From an uncultured Lachnospiraceae bacterium (GTDB lineage Bacteria > Bacillota > Clostridia > Lachnospirales > Lachnospiraceae), in contig CALWEC010000080.1 of NCBI GenBank assembly GCA_944376945.1, positions 1 to 61,438 of the forward strand: a stretch of DNA of 61,438 nucleotides, read 5' to 3'. This document shows, one piece after another, positions 53,730-61,438 of this stretch; within the stretch, counting starts at the first letter, position 1, and each line of letters begins with the position of its first letter. A program made the position numbers and the translations under genes. The notes beneath the pieces were generated by a model. That model saw nothing but the letters and a program-made list of their open reading frames with translations, ran no database searches and was not told where the DNA came from.

Positions 53730-53760
53730 CTAAAATATTTTGATTATAAAACTATTTTAG
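53730..53760. promoter_or_regulatory. FabT-type palindromic operator
   Basis: CTAAAATATTTTGATTATAAAACTATTTTAG near-palindrome between promoter and fabH; core resembles streptococcal FabT sites. Confidence 0.78.
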
Positions 53761-53769
53761 CATAAAAGC

Positions 53770-53797
53770 ATTATACCATGAAAATCCCCCCTGTCAA
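53770..53797 (-). promoter_or_regulatory. SigmaA promoter of the fab operon
   Basis: Minus strand TTGACA-N16-TATAAT with extended TG. Confidence 0.8.
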
Positions 53798-53856
53798 GAG
53801 GGGGGATCGGAAAATATAAAACGCCGTGTAAGAGGAGCGCAAAATAGGAAACGCCG

Positions 53857-54762
53857 CTAGTTTTCTTCCTCCGGCGAAAAGCCTTCCATTACGCCCAGGC
53901 CTATGGGATGCGGGCCGGTATGCACCCCGATGGTAGCGCCAATCTGGAACACGCCCACCTCCATCACCGCGCCCCATTCCCGCAGGATTTCCACCAGCCG
54001 GTCCCGGAAGCGGATGCCCTCCTCCCGGTCGTACCCGTAGCCCACCACCAGCCGGTAGGCGCTTAAAGGCTTTTCCAGCTTTTGCAGGTAACTCCGGGCC
54101 ATCTCCAGTACCTTTTTGATCGAGCTGCCCCGGCTTCGGCCTACGCCGGCGGCGGAAATCTCGTTGTCCTTCCACAAAACCAGAGGCCGCAGGTGCAGGG
54201 TGGAAGCCGCCAGCCCCACCAGCTTGCCCACGCGCCCGCCGTGGACCAGATATTCCATGCTGCCGATGGTAAAGAAAATCCGCCCGCTTTTTTTCAGCCG
54301 CTCCACCTGCTCCACCGCCTGCTCCAGGCTCAGCCCGGCGTCCCGCATCCGGGCCGCCTCCAGCACCAGCATCCCCTGGAGCAGGGTGACCACGCAGCTG
54401 TCCACCACCCGGACGCTCCGCTCCGGATACGCTTCCCGCATCAGCTCCGCCGCCGTACAGGCCGAGTTGTAGGAGCCGCTGAGCGTGGAAGCCAGGCAGA
54501 GGCAGAGGATGTCCTTCCCCTGCCGCAGGTAGGGCTCAAAGGCGTCCGCGTAATCCTGCACCGAGGGCAGGGAGGTGCGGGGGAATACCTGGGGATTGTC
54601 CACCATCTGCTGGTAAAACGCGTGGACCGCCAGTTCTTTCTGCTCCTTCTGATAGTGCTCCTGGTCAAAGCTGACGTAAAAAGGAACCACGCAGATGTCC
54701 TTTTCCCGGACAATCTCCTCCCACAGGTCGCAGGAACCATCGCTTACGATCTGAAACGACAT
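53857..54762 (-). CDS. DegV/FakB-family protein
   Basis: VSDGSCDL, RTSLPS, LSGSYNS, GGRV, HTGP. Confidence 0.92.
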   Translation of the reverse strand: MSFQIVSDGSCDLWEEIVREKDICVVPFYVSFDQEHYQKEQKELAVHAFYQQMVDNPQVFPRTSLPSVQDYADAFEPYLRQGKDILCLCLASTLSGSYNSACTAAELMREAYPERSVRVVDSCVVTLLQGMLVLEAARMRDAGLSLEQAVEQVERLKKSGRIFFTIGSMEYLVHGGRVGKLVGLAASTLHLRPLVLWKDNEISAAGVGRSRGSSIKKVLEMARSYLQKLEKPLSAYRLVVGYGYDREEGIRFRDRLVEILREWGAVMEVGVFQIGATIGVHTGPHPIGLGVMEGFSPEEEN

Positions 54763-54943
54763 AAAGTCTCCTTCCTCTCCTCCCTGCCGCGCCTGGGAAC
54801 CGCCCTGCGCAAAGGGATTGAGTACCATTGTGCATTTTATAATTATACATCTTTTGTGAACTTTTTGGCGCCATACGCCCCCTAAAAAGCCTGAACCCGG
54901 CCGCCTGCGTGTCTTCCGCCGCCCAGGCGGCCGGCCATCCCCC

Positions 54944-55810
54944 TTACCGAGGGCTTCCTACAAAAAACAGGGCCATGGTGCCCGGGCCGGAGTGGGAACC
55001 GATTACCGCCCCCACCGGATGGATCAGGAACTTTTCGATGCCAAACCGGCTCCGCACCTGCTCCTTCACAAACTCCGCGTCCTCCAGGCAGTCCCCGTGG
55101 CTGATAAACACCACGTCGTTTTCAAAGCCCTGCCTCTGCTTTTCCATCCGGTCCACCAGCGCCGTCAGGGATTTTTTCCGCCCCCGGACCTTGCCGATGG
55201 CAATCAGATGCCCGGCGTCGTCCACATGGAGCACCGGCTTAATGCCCGCCAGGGTTCCCAGCACCGCCGTGGTCTTGGAGACCCGGCCGCCCCGGTGCAG
55301 ATGGTACAGGTCGTCCACCGTAAAATTGTGGCAGATATGGGGCGCCAGCTCCCGGGCCCACTGGGCCAGCTGCGGCAGCTCCATGGTCCCTTTCTGATAC
55401 TGCTCCAGGGTTTTGTGGACCAGCAGTCCTTCTCCCAGGGAGGCGCAGAGGGAATCCACCACCTCAATCCGGGTTCCCGGATACTCCTCCATCAGCAGCT
55501 CCGCCGCCAGCCGGCAGCTGTTGCAGCTGCCGCTTAAGCCGGAGGAAAAGGCAATGTGCAGGATGTCCTTTCCCTCCTTTACCAGCGGCTCAAACAGGGC
55601 CCGGGCCTCCTCCACGTTGATCTGGGAGGTGGTGGGCATGGCCCCGTTCCGCACCTTATCGTAAAACTCTTGGCTGGTCAGCCCCTGGTTGTCCCGGTAG
55701 GTTTTCCCCTCCAGCACATAGGACAGGGACGCAAAGGGCACGTGACGCTCCCGCAGGTATTCCGGCGGAAGATCCGTGGTGCTGTCCGTGGTAACAATAA
55801 ACTCCTTCAT
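54944..55810 (-). CDS. DegV/FakB-family protein
   Basis: TDSTTDL, TTSQ, SSGLSGS, RGGRVS, HSGPG. Confidence 0.93.
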   Translation of the reverse strand: MKEFIVTTDSTTDLPPEYLRERHVPFASLSYVLEGKTYRDNQGLTSQEFYDKVRNGAMPTTSQINVEEARALFEPLVKEGKDILHIAFSSGLSGSCNSCRLAAELLMEEYPGTRIEVVDSLCASLGEGLLVHKTLEQYQKGTMELPQLAQWARELAPHICHNFTVDDLYHLHRGGRVSKTTAVLGTLAGIKPVLHVDDAGHLIAIGKVRGRKKSLTALVDRMEKQRQGFENDVVFISHGDCLEDAEFVKEQVRSRFGIEKFLIHPVGAVIGSHSGPGTMALFFVGSPR

Positions 55811-55823
55811 AACAAGCTCCTTC

Positions 55824-56924
55824 CTACTGACGCTCGTACACCGTATAGCCATACCGGCGCAGCAGCGCCGCCGCCTGGCCCGCGGACTTTCCATCGTAAA
55901 ATTCCACCCGCAGCGCCCCGGACTGGACCTCCCGCATGTTGCGGATCTCCAGGTTCTTAATGCTCAGCCGGGCGCTGGCCAGGATGGTGGAAACAATGGC
56001 GATGGCCCCGGGCTCATCGGCAATTTCCAGATAAATTTCGTAAAGAGGCTCCACCCCGGAGCGGTACTGGGCGTTAAGGCTGCTCCGGTACTGGCGGGCC
56101 TCGTCAAAGTACGACAGCAGAAAATCCTCCTTGTCCCGGTTCACCGCCTCCCCCAGCCGGGAAAGGGCTTTCTGGTATCCGTCCAGCGCCTCCAGCAGGG
56201 CCTCCTTGTTTTCCCGGAAGATCTGCTGCCACATTTCCGGGGAGGAGGAGGCGATACGGGTCACATCCTTAAAGCCGCCGGCGGCCAGCATTTTCATAAG
56301 GCCCGCCCGGTTGTCGGATTTCTTTACCAGGTTCACCAGCGCGTAGGCCACCAGATGGGGCAGATGGCTGATGTAGGCGGTGGCCCGGTCGTGATCCCGG
56401 TAGTCCAGCACCAGGGGGATGGCGCCGATGGCCTTGACCATGGCCTGGTACTCCACCATCTGCTCCGGCCGGTTCTTCCGGCCCGGGGTCAGGATATAGT
56501 AGGCGTTTTCCAGCAGCCGGTCGTTGGCGTTGGCATAGCCGGAAAGCTCCGAGCCGGTCATGGGGTGGCCGCCGATAAACTGCCCTTCCAGGCCCAGCTC
56601 CTCCACCGCCTGGTGGATGGTGGTCTTTACGCTGCCCACGTCCGTCAGCAGGCAGTCCGGCCGGATGATGTCCCGCAGGGTCTTCATACACTGAATGTTG
56701 ACGCTCACCGGGGCGCACAGGAAAATCATATCGCAGGCGGCAAAATTCTCATCCAGACGGTCCTGGGCCTGGTTGATGACGCCGTCCGCCAGCGCCTCCA
56801 CCAGGCTTTCCCGGCTCCGGTTATACGCCAGGATCTTCATATCCGGGGAAACCCGCCGGAACGCTTTGGCCATAGAGCCGCCAATCAGCCCCAGGCCGAT
56901 AAAGCCAATGGTTTGGATTGCCAT
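55824..56924 (-). CDS. tyrA: Prephenate dehydrogenase with ACT domain
   Basis: GLGLIGGS, DVGSVK, GHPMTGSE, SHLPH, TRIASS, DEPG. Confidence 0.95.
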   Translation of the reverse strand: MAIQTIGFIGLGLIGGSMAKAFRRVSPDMKILAYNRSRESLVEALADGVINQAQDRLDENFAACDMIFLCAPVSVNIQCMKTLRDIIRPDCLLTDVGSVKTTIHQAVEELGLEGQFIGGHPMTGSELSGYANANDRLLENAYYILTPGRKNRPEQMVEYQAMVKAIGAIPLVLDYRDHDRATAYISHLPHLVAYALVNLVKKSDNRAGLMKMLAAGGFKDVTRIASSSPEMWQQIFRENKEALLEALDGYQKALSRLGEAVNRDKEDFLLSYFDEARQYRSSLNAQYRSGVEPLYEIYLEIADEPGAIAIVSTILASARLSIKNLEIRNMREVQSGALRVEFYDGKSAGQAAALLRRYGYTVYERQ

Positions 56925-56936
56925 CTTCTTTTCCTC

Positions 56937-58259
56937 CTATATCAGAGCTTTGGAATGCCATTTTTCTCCCCGGTAGCGGATGGTAAAGAACACAATCCGC
57001 ACCACCCAGTCCAGGAACATAGCCATCCAGACGCCATATAGCTGGAAATAATGTCCCAGCAGATAGGAACCGCCTACCCGGAACACCCACATGGAAAACA
57101 TGGAAATGCCCATGGTGTAGGCCGCGTCGTTCCCGGCCCGCAGGGTATTGGGCAGGTTGAAGGACAGGGGCCAGAACAGCGTTCCTGCAATCAAATGCCA
57201 GAACAAGAGCGTCCAGGCCATCTGATACGCTGCCTGGGACATGTTGTAGGCGCCCAGCAGCAGCGGCCGCAGGGCCACAATCAGCAGGGAGACCAAAAAG
57301 GTCATAATCGTGGAAGCCACAATCAGCTTTTTGGTATAGCTGCGGGCCTGCTTCACCTGGTCCGCGCCAATGCACTGGCCCACCACGGTAATCAGGGCCA
57401 GGCTCACCGCCGAGCCAGGGATGATCATAAACGTGCACAGGTTGTTGGACACGGAGTTGGCCATAATGGAGGCGGTTCCATAGGTGGAAACCAGGCTCAG
57501 CACAATAATCTTGCCCAGCTGGAAGATCCCGTTTTCCAGGCCACCGGGGATCCCAATCCGCAGGATCCGGCGGATCATGGCGCCCTGCAGCCGGGGATGC
57601 CGCAGGTTTTCCACATGGATCTCAAACCGGGGCAGGTGGATCCGGTACAGCATAAACACGGAACCGACAATCCGGGAGAACAGCGTGGCGATGGCCGCGC
57701 CGGCCACGCCCCACTTCATGCCGAAAATCAGCACCGCGTTGCCGGCAATGTTGATCAGGTTCATGGCCAGGGACACTTCCATGGAAATCCGGGAGTTTCC
57801 CATGGAGCGGAACAGGGCCGCCGCCGAATTGTACACCGCCATAAAAGGATACGTCAGGGCGATGATGGAAAAATACGTCACCGCCTGGCTCATGACCGCC
57901 GCCTCCGTGCCGCCGAACAGCAGGCGCAGCAGATGGACGTTGCCCACCAGCATCAGCGCCGTCACCAGCACGGCAAACAGCAGGGCCGTAAACAGCAGCT
58001 GGTTGGCCGCCGAGCAGGCGGATTTGGCGTCCTTCCTTCCTATATATTGGGAGCAGACCACCGCGCCGCCGGTGGCCAGCGCCGCCAAAATATTCAAAAT
58101 CAACGTGTTCAGAGAGTCTACCAGAGAGACGCCGGAAACGGCCGCCTCCCCCGCCACCGAAACCATCATGCTGTCCGCGATGCCTACCGTAGCGGTCAGC
58201 AGCTGCTCCACCATCAAAGGAAGCAGCAGCTGCAAAAGCTGCTTTCTTGTGAATAACAT
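56937..58259 (-). CDS. MATE-family transporter
   Basis: GIADSMMV, SQYIG, RSMGNS, IGIP; multi-TM pattern. Confidence 0.92.
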   Translation of the reverse strand: MLFTRKQLLQLLLPLMVEQLLTATVGIADSMMVSVAGEAAVSGVSLVDSLNTLILNILAALATGGAVVCSQYIGRKDAKSACSAANQLLFTALLFAVLVTALMLVGNVHLLRLLFGGTEAAVMSQAVTYFSIIALTYPFMAVYNSAAALFRSMGNSRISMEVSLAMNLINIAGNAVLIFGMKWGVAGAAIATLFSRIVGSVFMLYRIHLPRFEIHVENLRHPRLQGAMIRRILRIGIPGGLENGIFQLGKIIVLSLVSTYGTASIMANSVSNNLCTFMIIPGSAVSLALITVVGQCIGADQVKQARSYTKKLIVASTIMTFLVSLLIVALRPLLLGAYNMSQAAYQMAWTLLFWHLIAGTLFWPLSFNLPNTLRAGNDAAYTMGISMFSMWVFRVGGSYLLGHYFQLYGVWMAMFLDWVVRIVFFTIRYRGEKWHSKALI

Positions 58260-58449
58260 ATTTTCCCATTCCTTTCCGCCTCTTATTTTACTACCACCCT
58301 GCGGAAAAAGGCAAGCACAAATCTTGTCCCAAGGCGGATTCGATTTTTTCCAAAATTCCATGGAAAAACCGGCCGCTTAGGAGTATAATAAAAATTAATT
58401 GCGCTTCAGGGGGCTTCCCCCGCTACCCTATTACGGAAGGAAGAAAAAT

Positions 58450-59817
58450 ATGGAAAACAAATTTGAAAAAAATTTGGCAGAAGGAAGCGTGGCCAAAAAC
58501 CTGATTCTCTTCGCCATCCCCTTCATCTTTTCCAACCTGATCCAGTCCCTTTACAATGTAGCGGATATGATTATCGTGGGCCAGTTCAGCGGCACCATCA
58601 GCATGTCCGGCGTCAACATTGGCGGGCAGATTACCAACATTGTCACCAACCTGGTCATCGGCCTGGCCGCCGGGGCCACCGTGCTCATCGGCCAATACCT
58701 GGGGGCCGGCCAAAAGCGGGCCTTGGAGGAAACCATCGGCACCCTCTTTTCCACCCTGCTGGTGGCGGCGGTGGTCCTGTCCGTGGTTATGATCGCCTTC
58801 CGGGTCCCAATCCTGCGGCTGATCCAGACCCCGGAGGAATCCTTTGACGAGGCCAACCGCTATCTGTCCATTACCATGGCCGGTACCATTTTTATCTTTG
58901 GCTACAACGCCCTTAGCGCCGTCATGCGAGGCATGGGAGACAGCCGGAGGCCCTTGTACTTTGTGACCATCGCCTGCTTTGTCAATATTTTCCTGGACAT
59001 CCTGATGGTAAAGGGCTGGGGCATGGGCGCCGCCGGCGCGGCTCTGGCTACGGTCATCTCCCAGGCGGTCAGCATGATCCTGTGCATCCTGTACCTGCGG
59101 AGAAACAACTTTGTGTTTTCCTTTAGCCTGAAATCCTTCCGCTTCCACAAGCTGCGGCTGCGGATGCTGCTGCGGATCGGCATCCCCACCTCGGTCCAAA
59201 GCTTTGCCTCCAGCCTGTCCTTCCTGTTTTTGACCACCATGGTCAACGGCCTGGGGGTCACCGCCTCCGCCGCGGTAGGGGCAGTGGGGAAATTCAACGG
59301 CTTCGCCATCCTGCCGGCGGTGGCCATCTCCAACTCGGTGGCCGCCATGAGCGCCCAGAATATCGGAGCCGGAAAAATCAAACGGGCCCAGAAAACCTTT
59401 ACCGTAGGGCTGATCCTGTCCTTTTCCATCAGCGCGGTAATCTTCATCCTGAGCCGCCTGTTCCCAGGGGAAATCCTGGCGGTTTTCGCCGACGACGCGG
59501 ACATGGTGGCCGCCGGTATCGTCTACATGGCCTCCTTTGGCCTGGATTACCTGTGCGTGCCCTTCTACTTTAACCTGAACGGGCTGTTCAACGGCTCCGG
59601 CCACACCACCTTCTCCCTGATCAACGGCTCCATGGCGTCGGTGCTGGTGCGGATCCCCACCTGCTACTTCTTTGGCTCCATCCTGAACATGGGCCTGGGC
59701 GGCTACGGCCTAGGAGCCCCCTGCGCTTCCCTGGCGGCGGCCATCGTTGGATTTATCTATTTCTTCTCCGGCCGCTGGAAGGTATCCACCATCATCCGGG
59801 AAGGAGAGTCCGCATGA
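58450..59817 (+). CDS. MATE-family transporter
   Basis: LYNVADMIIVGQF, RGMGDS, AALATVISQ, QNIGA. Confidence 0.93.
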   Translation: MENKFEKNLAEGSVAKNLILFAIPFIFSNLIQSLYNVADMIIVGQFSGTISMSGVNIGGQITNIVTNLVIGLAAGATVLIGQYLGAGQKRALEETIGTLFSTLLVAAVVLSVVMIAFRVPILRLIQTPEESFDEANRYLSITMAGTIFIFGYNALSAVMRGMGDSRRPLYFVTIACFVNIFLDILMVKGWGMGAAGAALATVISQAVSMILCILYLRRNNFVFSFSLKSFRFHKLRLRMLLRIGIPTSVQSFASSLSFLFLTTMVNGLGVTASAAVGAVGKFNGFAILPAVAISNSVAAMSAQNIGAGKIKRAQKTFTVGLILSFSISAVIFILSRLFPGEILAVFADDADMVAAGIVYMASFGLDYLCVPFYFNLNGLFNGSGHTTFSLINGSMASVLVRIPTCYFFGSILNMGLGGYGLGAPCASLAAAIVGFIYFFSGRWKVSTIIREGESA

Positions 59818-60764
59818 GCCTGCTTTACGCCCTGGAAGGCCTGCGGAACGGTTTCTGGGACGCAGTGTTTTCCTTTTTTACCCTGTTTGGGGAGGAAACC
59901 TTGATCCTGCTGTTCCTGTGCCTTCTCTATTGGTGCGGGAACAAACGCCTGGCCTACCAGGTTTGCCTCACCTACTTTTTGGCCGGCCTAGCCGCCCAGT
60001 TTCTGAAGATCCTCTGCCGGGTTCCCCGGCCCTGGGTGCTGGATCCATCCTTCCAGCCTGTCGCCTCCGCCCTGGAAACCGCCACCGGCTATTCCTTCCC
60101 AAGCGGCCATACCCAGGGAGCGGCGGCCGTCTGGGGCACCCTGGGGCTTTGGGCCTGGCGCCAAGGCGGGAAGCACCGGCAGGCCGCCCTGGCCGCCGGC
60201 CTTCTGCTGCCGGCCTTGGTCGGGCTCTCCCGCATGTACCTAGGCGTCCACACCCCCTGGGACGTGGCGGCAGGCTATCTGCTGTCCCTGGCGGCGGCCT
60301 TTCCTGTTACCGGGCGTTTCGCCTATTCCCCGGCGGCCACCCACCCTGCGGAGCCCCCTCGCTCTCTGGATCCCGCCCCCTCCCGCCGCCAGGCCGGGCT
60401 GCTCTTTGGCTTTTCCCTGGCTGTCACGCTGGCCGCCTTGTGGCTGGTCCACACCGGCTACGCGGACGGGGAGATGGCGGCGGACGGCTGCAAGGCCGGA
60501 GCCGCCGGCATGGCCTTTGCCCTGGGCTGGTATCTGGAAAGCCACTATATCCGCTTTTCCACCCAGGGTTCCCTGCCGTTCCAGGCCCTGAAGCTGATCC
60601 TAGGAGCGGCTGGGGCCCTGCTGATCCAAACCGGGCTGAAGCCGGTGCTGGGGGAAACCATCCCGGCGGATATTCTCCGGTATTTTCTGCTGGTGTTCTG
60701 GGTGATGGTGGGGTTTCCTATGGGGATTCGGAAGGCGGCCCAGGTTTCTCGCAAAAAGCCTTGA
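59814..60764 (+). CDS. PAP2-family phosphatase
   Basis: KxxxxxxRP, FPSGH, SRMYLGVH..D; ATGA coupling to the MATE gene. Confidence 0.92.
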   Translation: MSLLYALEGLRNGFWDAVFSFFTLFGEETLILLFLCLLYWCGNKRLAYQVCLTYFLAGLAAQFLKILCRVPRPWVLDPSFQPVASALETATGYSFPSGHTQGAAAVWGTLGLWAWRQGGKHRQAALAAGLLLPALVGLSRMYLGVHTPWDVAAGYLLSLAAAFPVTGRFAYSPAATHPAEPPRSLDPAPSRRQAGLLFGFSLAVTLAALWLVHTGYADGEMAADGCKAGAAGMAFALGWYLESHYIRFSTQGSLPFQALKLILGAAGALLIQTGLKPVLGETIPADILRYFLLVFWVMVGFPMGIRKAAQVSRKKP

Positions 60765-60823
60765 GATTTCCTGCCGAAAACAGTATAATAAAGAAAATTA
60801 CTCTCGAAACCAGGAGGATTCCT

Positions 60824-61210
60824 ATGAAGAAATTAAGAGTGGCAGATCCCCAAAACTGCATGGCCTGCCTGCAGTGTGAAATCGCCTGCTCCACCGCTTT
60901 CTACAAACGCTATGATCCGGACCTTTCCTGCATCCACATTGTGGAAAAGAAGGGAAATCCCCGTCCCATGGCCTGCGTCCAGTGCGGGAAGTGCGCCGAG
61001 GCCTGCGAGGCCCACGCCATCGAGCAGAAACCCAACGGCGTGTATATGATCAACAAGAAGCTGTGCGTAGGCTGCGGCAAGTGCGTGGAGGCATGTCCCC
61101 TGCACGTGATGGTTATGCCGGCGGACGCCAAAAACCCGTCCAAGTGCATCGCCTGCGGCATCTGCGTAAAGGCATGTCCCATGGACGTCCTGGAGATCCA
61201 GGACAAATAA
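60824..61210 (+). CDS. Multi-[4Fe-4S] ferredoxin-like protein
   Basis: Four CxxCxxCxxxC motifs; RBS AGGAGG. Confidence 0.92.
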   Translation: MKKLRVADPQNCMACLQCEIACSTAFYKRYDPDLSCIHIVEKKGNPRPMACVQCGKCAEACEAHAIEQKPNGVYMINKKLCVGCGKCVEACPLHVMVMPADAKNPSKCIACGICVKACPMDVLEIQDK

Positions 61211-61300
61211 GGTTCCGCCAGCCGGCGGCCAAACCGCCGCCAGCTCTGTATAAAAACCAGAAAAAGAGCGCATCCTGAAGGAAAAGGAGGCGCTCTTTTT

Positions 61301-61438
61301 ATGAAAAACCTGAGTCTGCTGAACCATGTTTACCAAAACACCCAGATGGGGGTGGAAAGCCTGCCGCTGCTGGCCGCCAAATCCCGGGACAACACCTTCC
61401 GCCAGGAAGTGGGCCGCCAGTGGAGGGAATACCGGGAT
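61301..61438 (+). CDS. Hypothetical protein (3'-truncated by window edge)
   Basis: RBS AAGGAGG; MKNLSLLNHVYQNTQMGVESLPLL..., open to the window end. Confidence 0.65.
   Translation, partial: MKNLSLLNHVYQNTQMGVESLPLLAAKSRDNTFRQEVGRQWREYRD

Overview
High-GC chromosomal segment, most likely from a spore-forming Clostridia (Lachnospiraceae-like) gut bacterium; the taxonomy is inferred from gene content. Most of it is housekeeping and metabolic: ppx-ppk1-ogt, B12-riboswitch cbiMNQO, ECF module with fused ATPases, pgm, cotS-like, malQ, fucose/xylose-isomerase family, cca, GH2 beta-galactosidase, a TPP-riboswitch ABC pair, a LysR/aldolase/dehydrogenase/amidohydrolase cluster, esterases, the type II fatty-acid synthesis cluster with a FabT-type regulator and operator, three DegV genes, tyrA, two MATEs, PAP2 and a ferredoxin. 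The best leads are: (1) a Trp-specifier T-box operon with an LDH/MDH-family dehydrogenase inside a TrpXYZ-like ABC importer, a possible indole-lactate/aromatic hydroxy-acid salvage system; (2) two Rpn/PD-(D/E)XK genes with internal in-frame RBS+ATG (RpnS-like), one carrying an amber codon at position 6; (3) an in-frame TGA splitting the fused accD-accA gene; (4) a tandem XRE pair with duplicated promoters; (5) several unexplained structured or repeated intergenic elements. No CRISPR, rRNA, tRNA or intact IS/prophage was seen. All calls come from reading motifs; no database searches were run.
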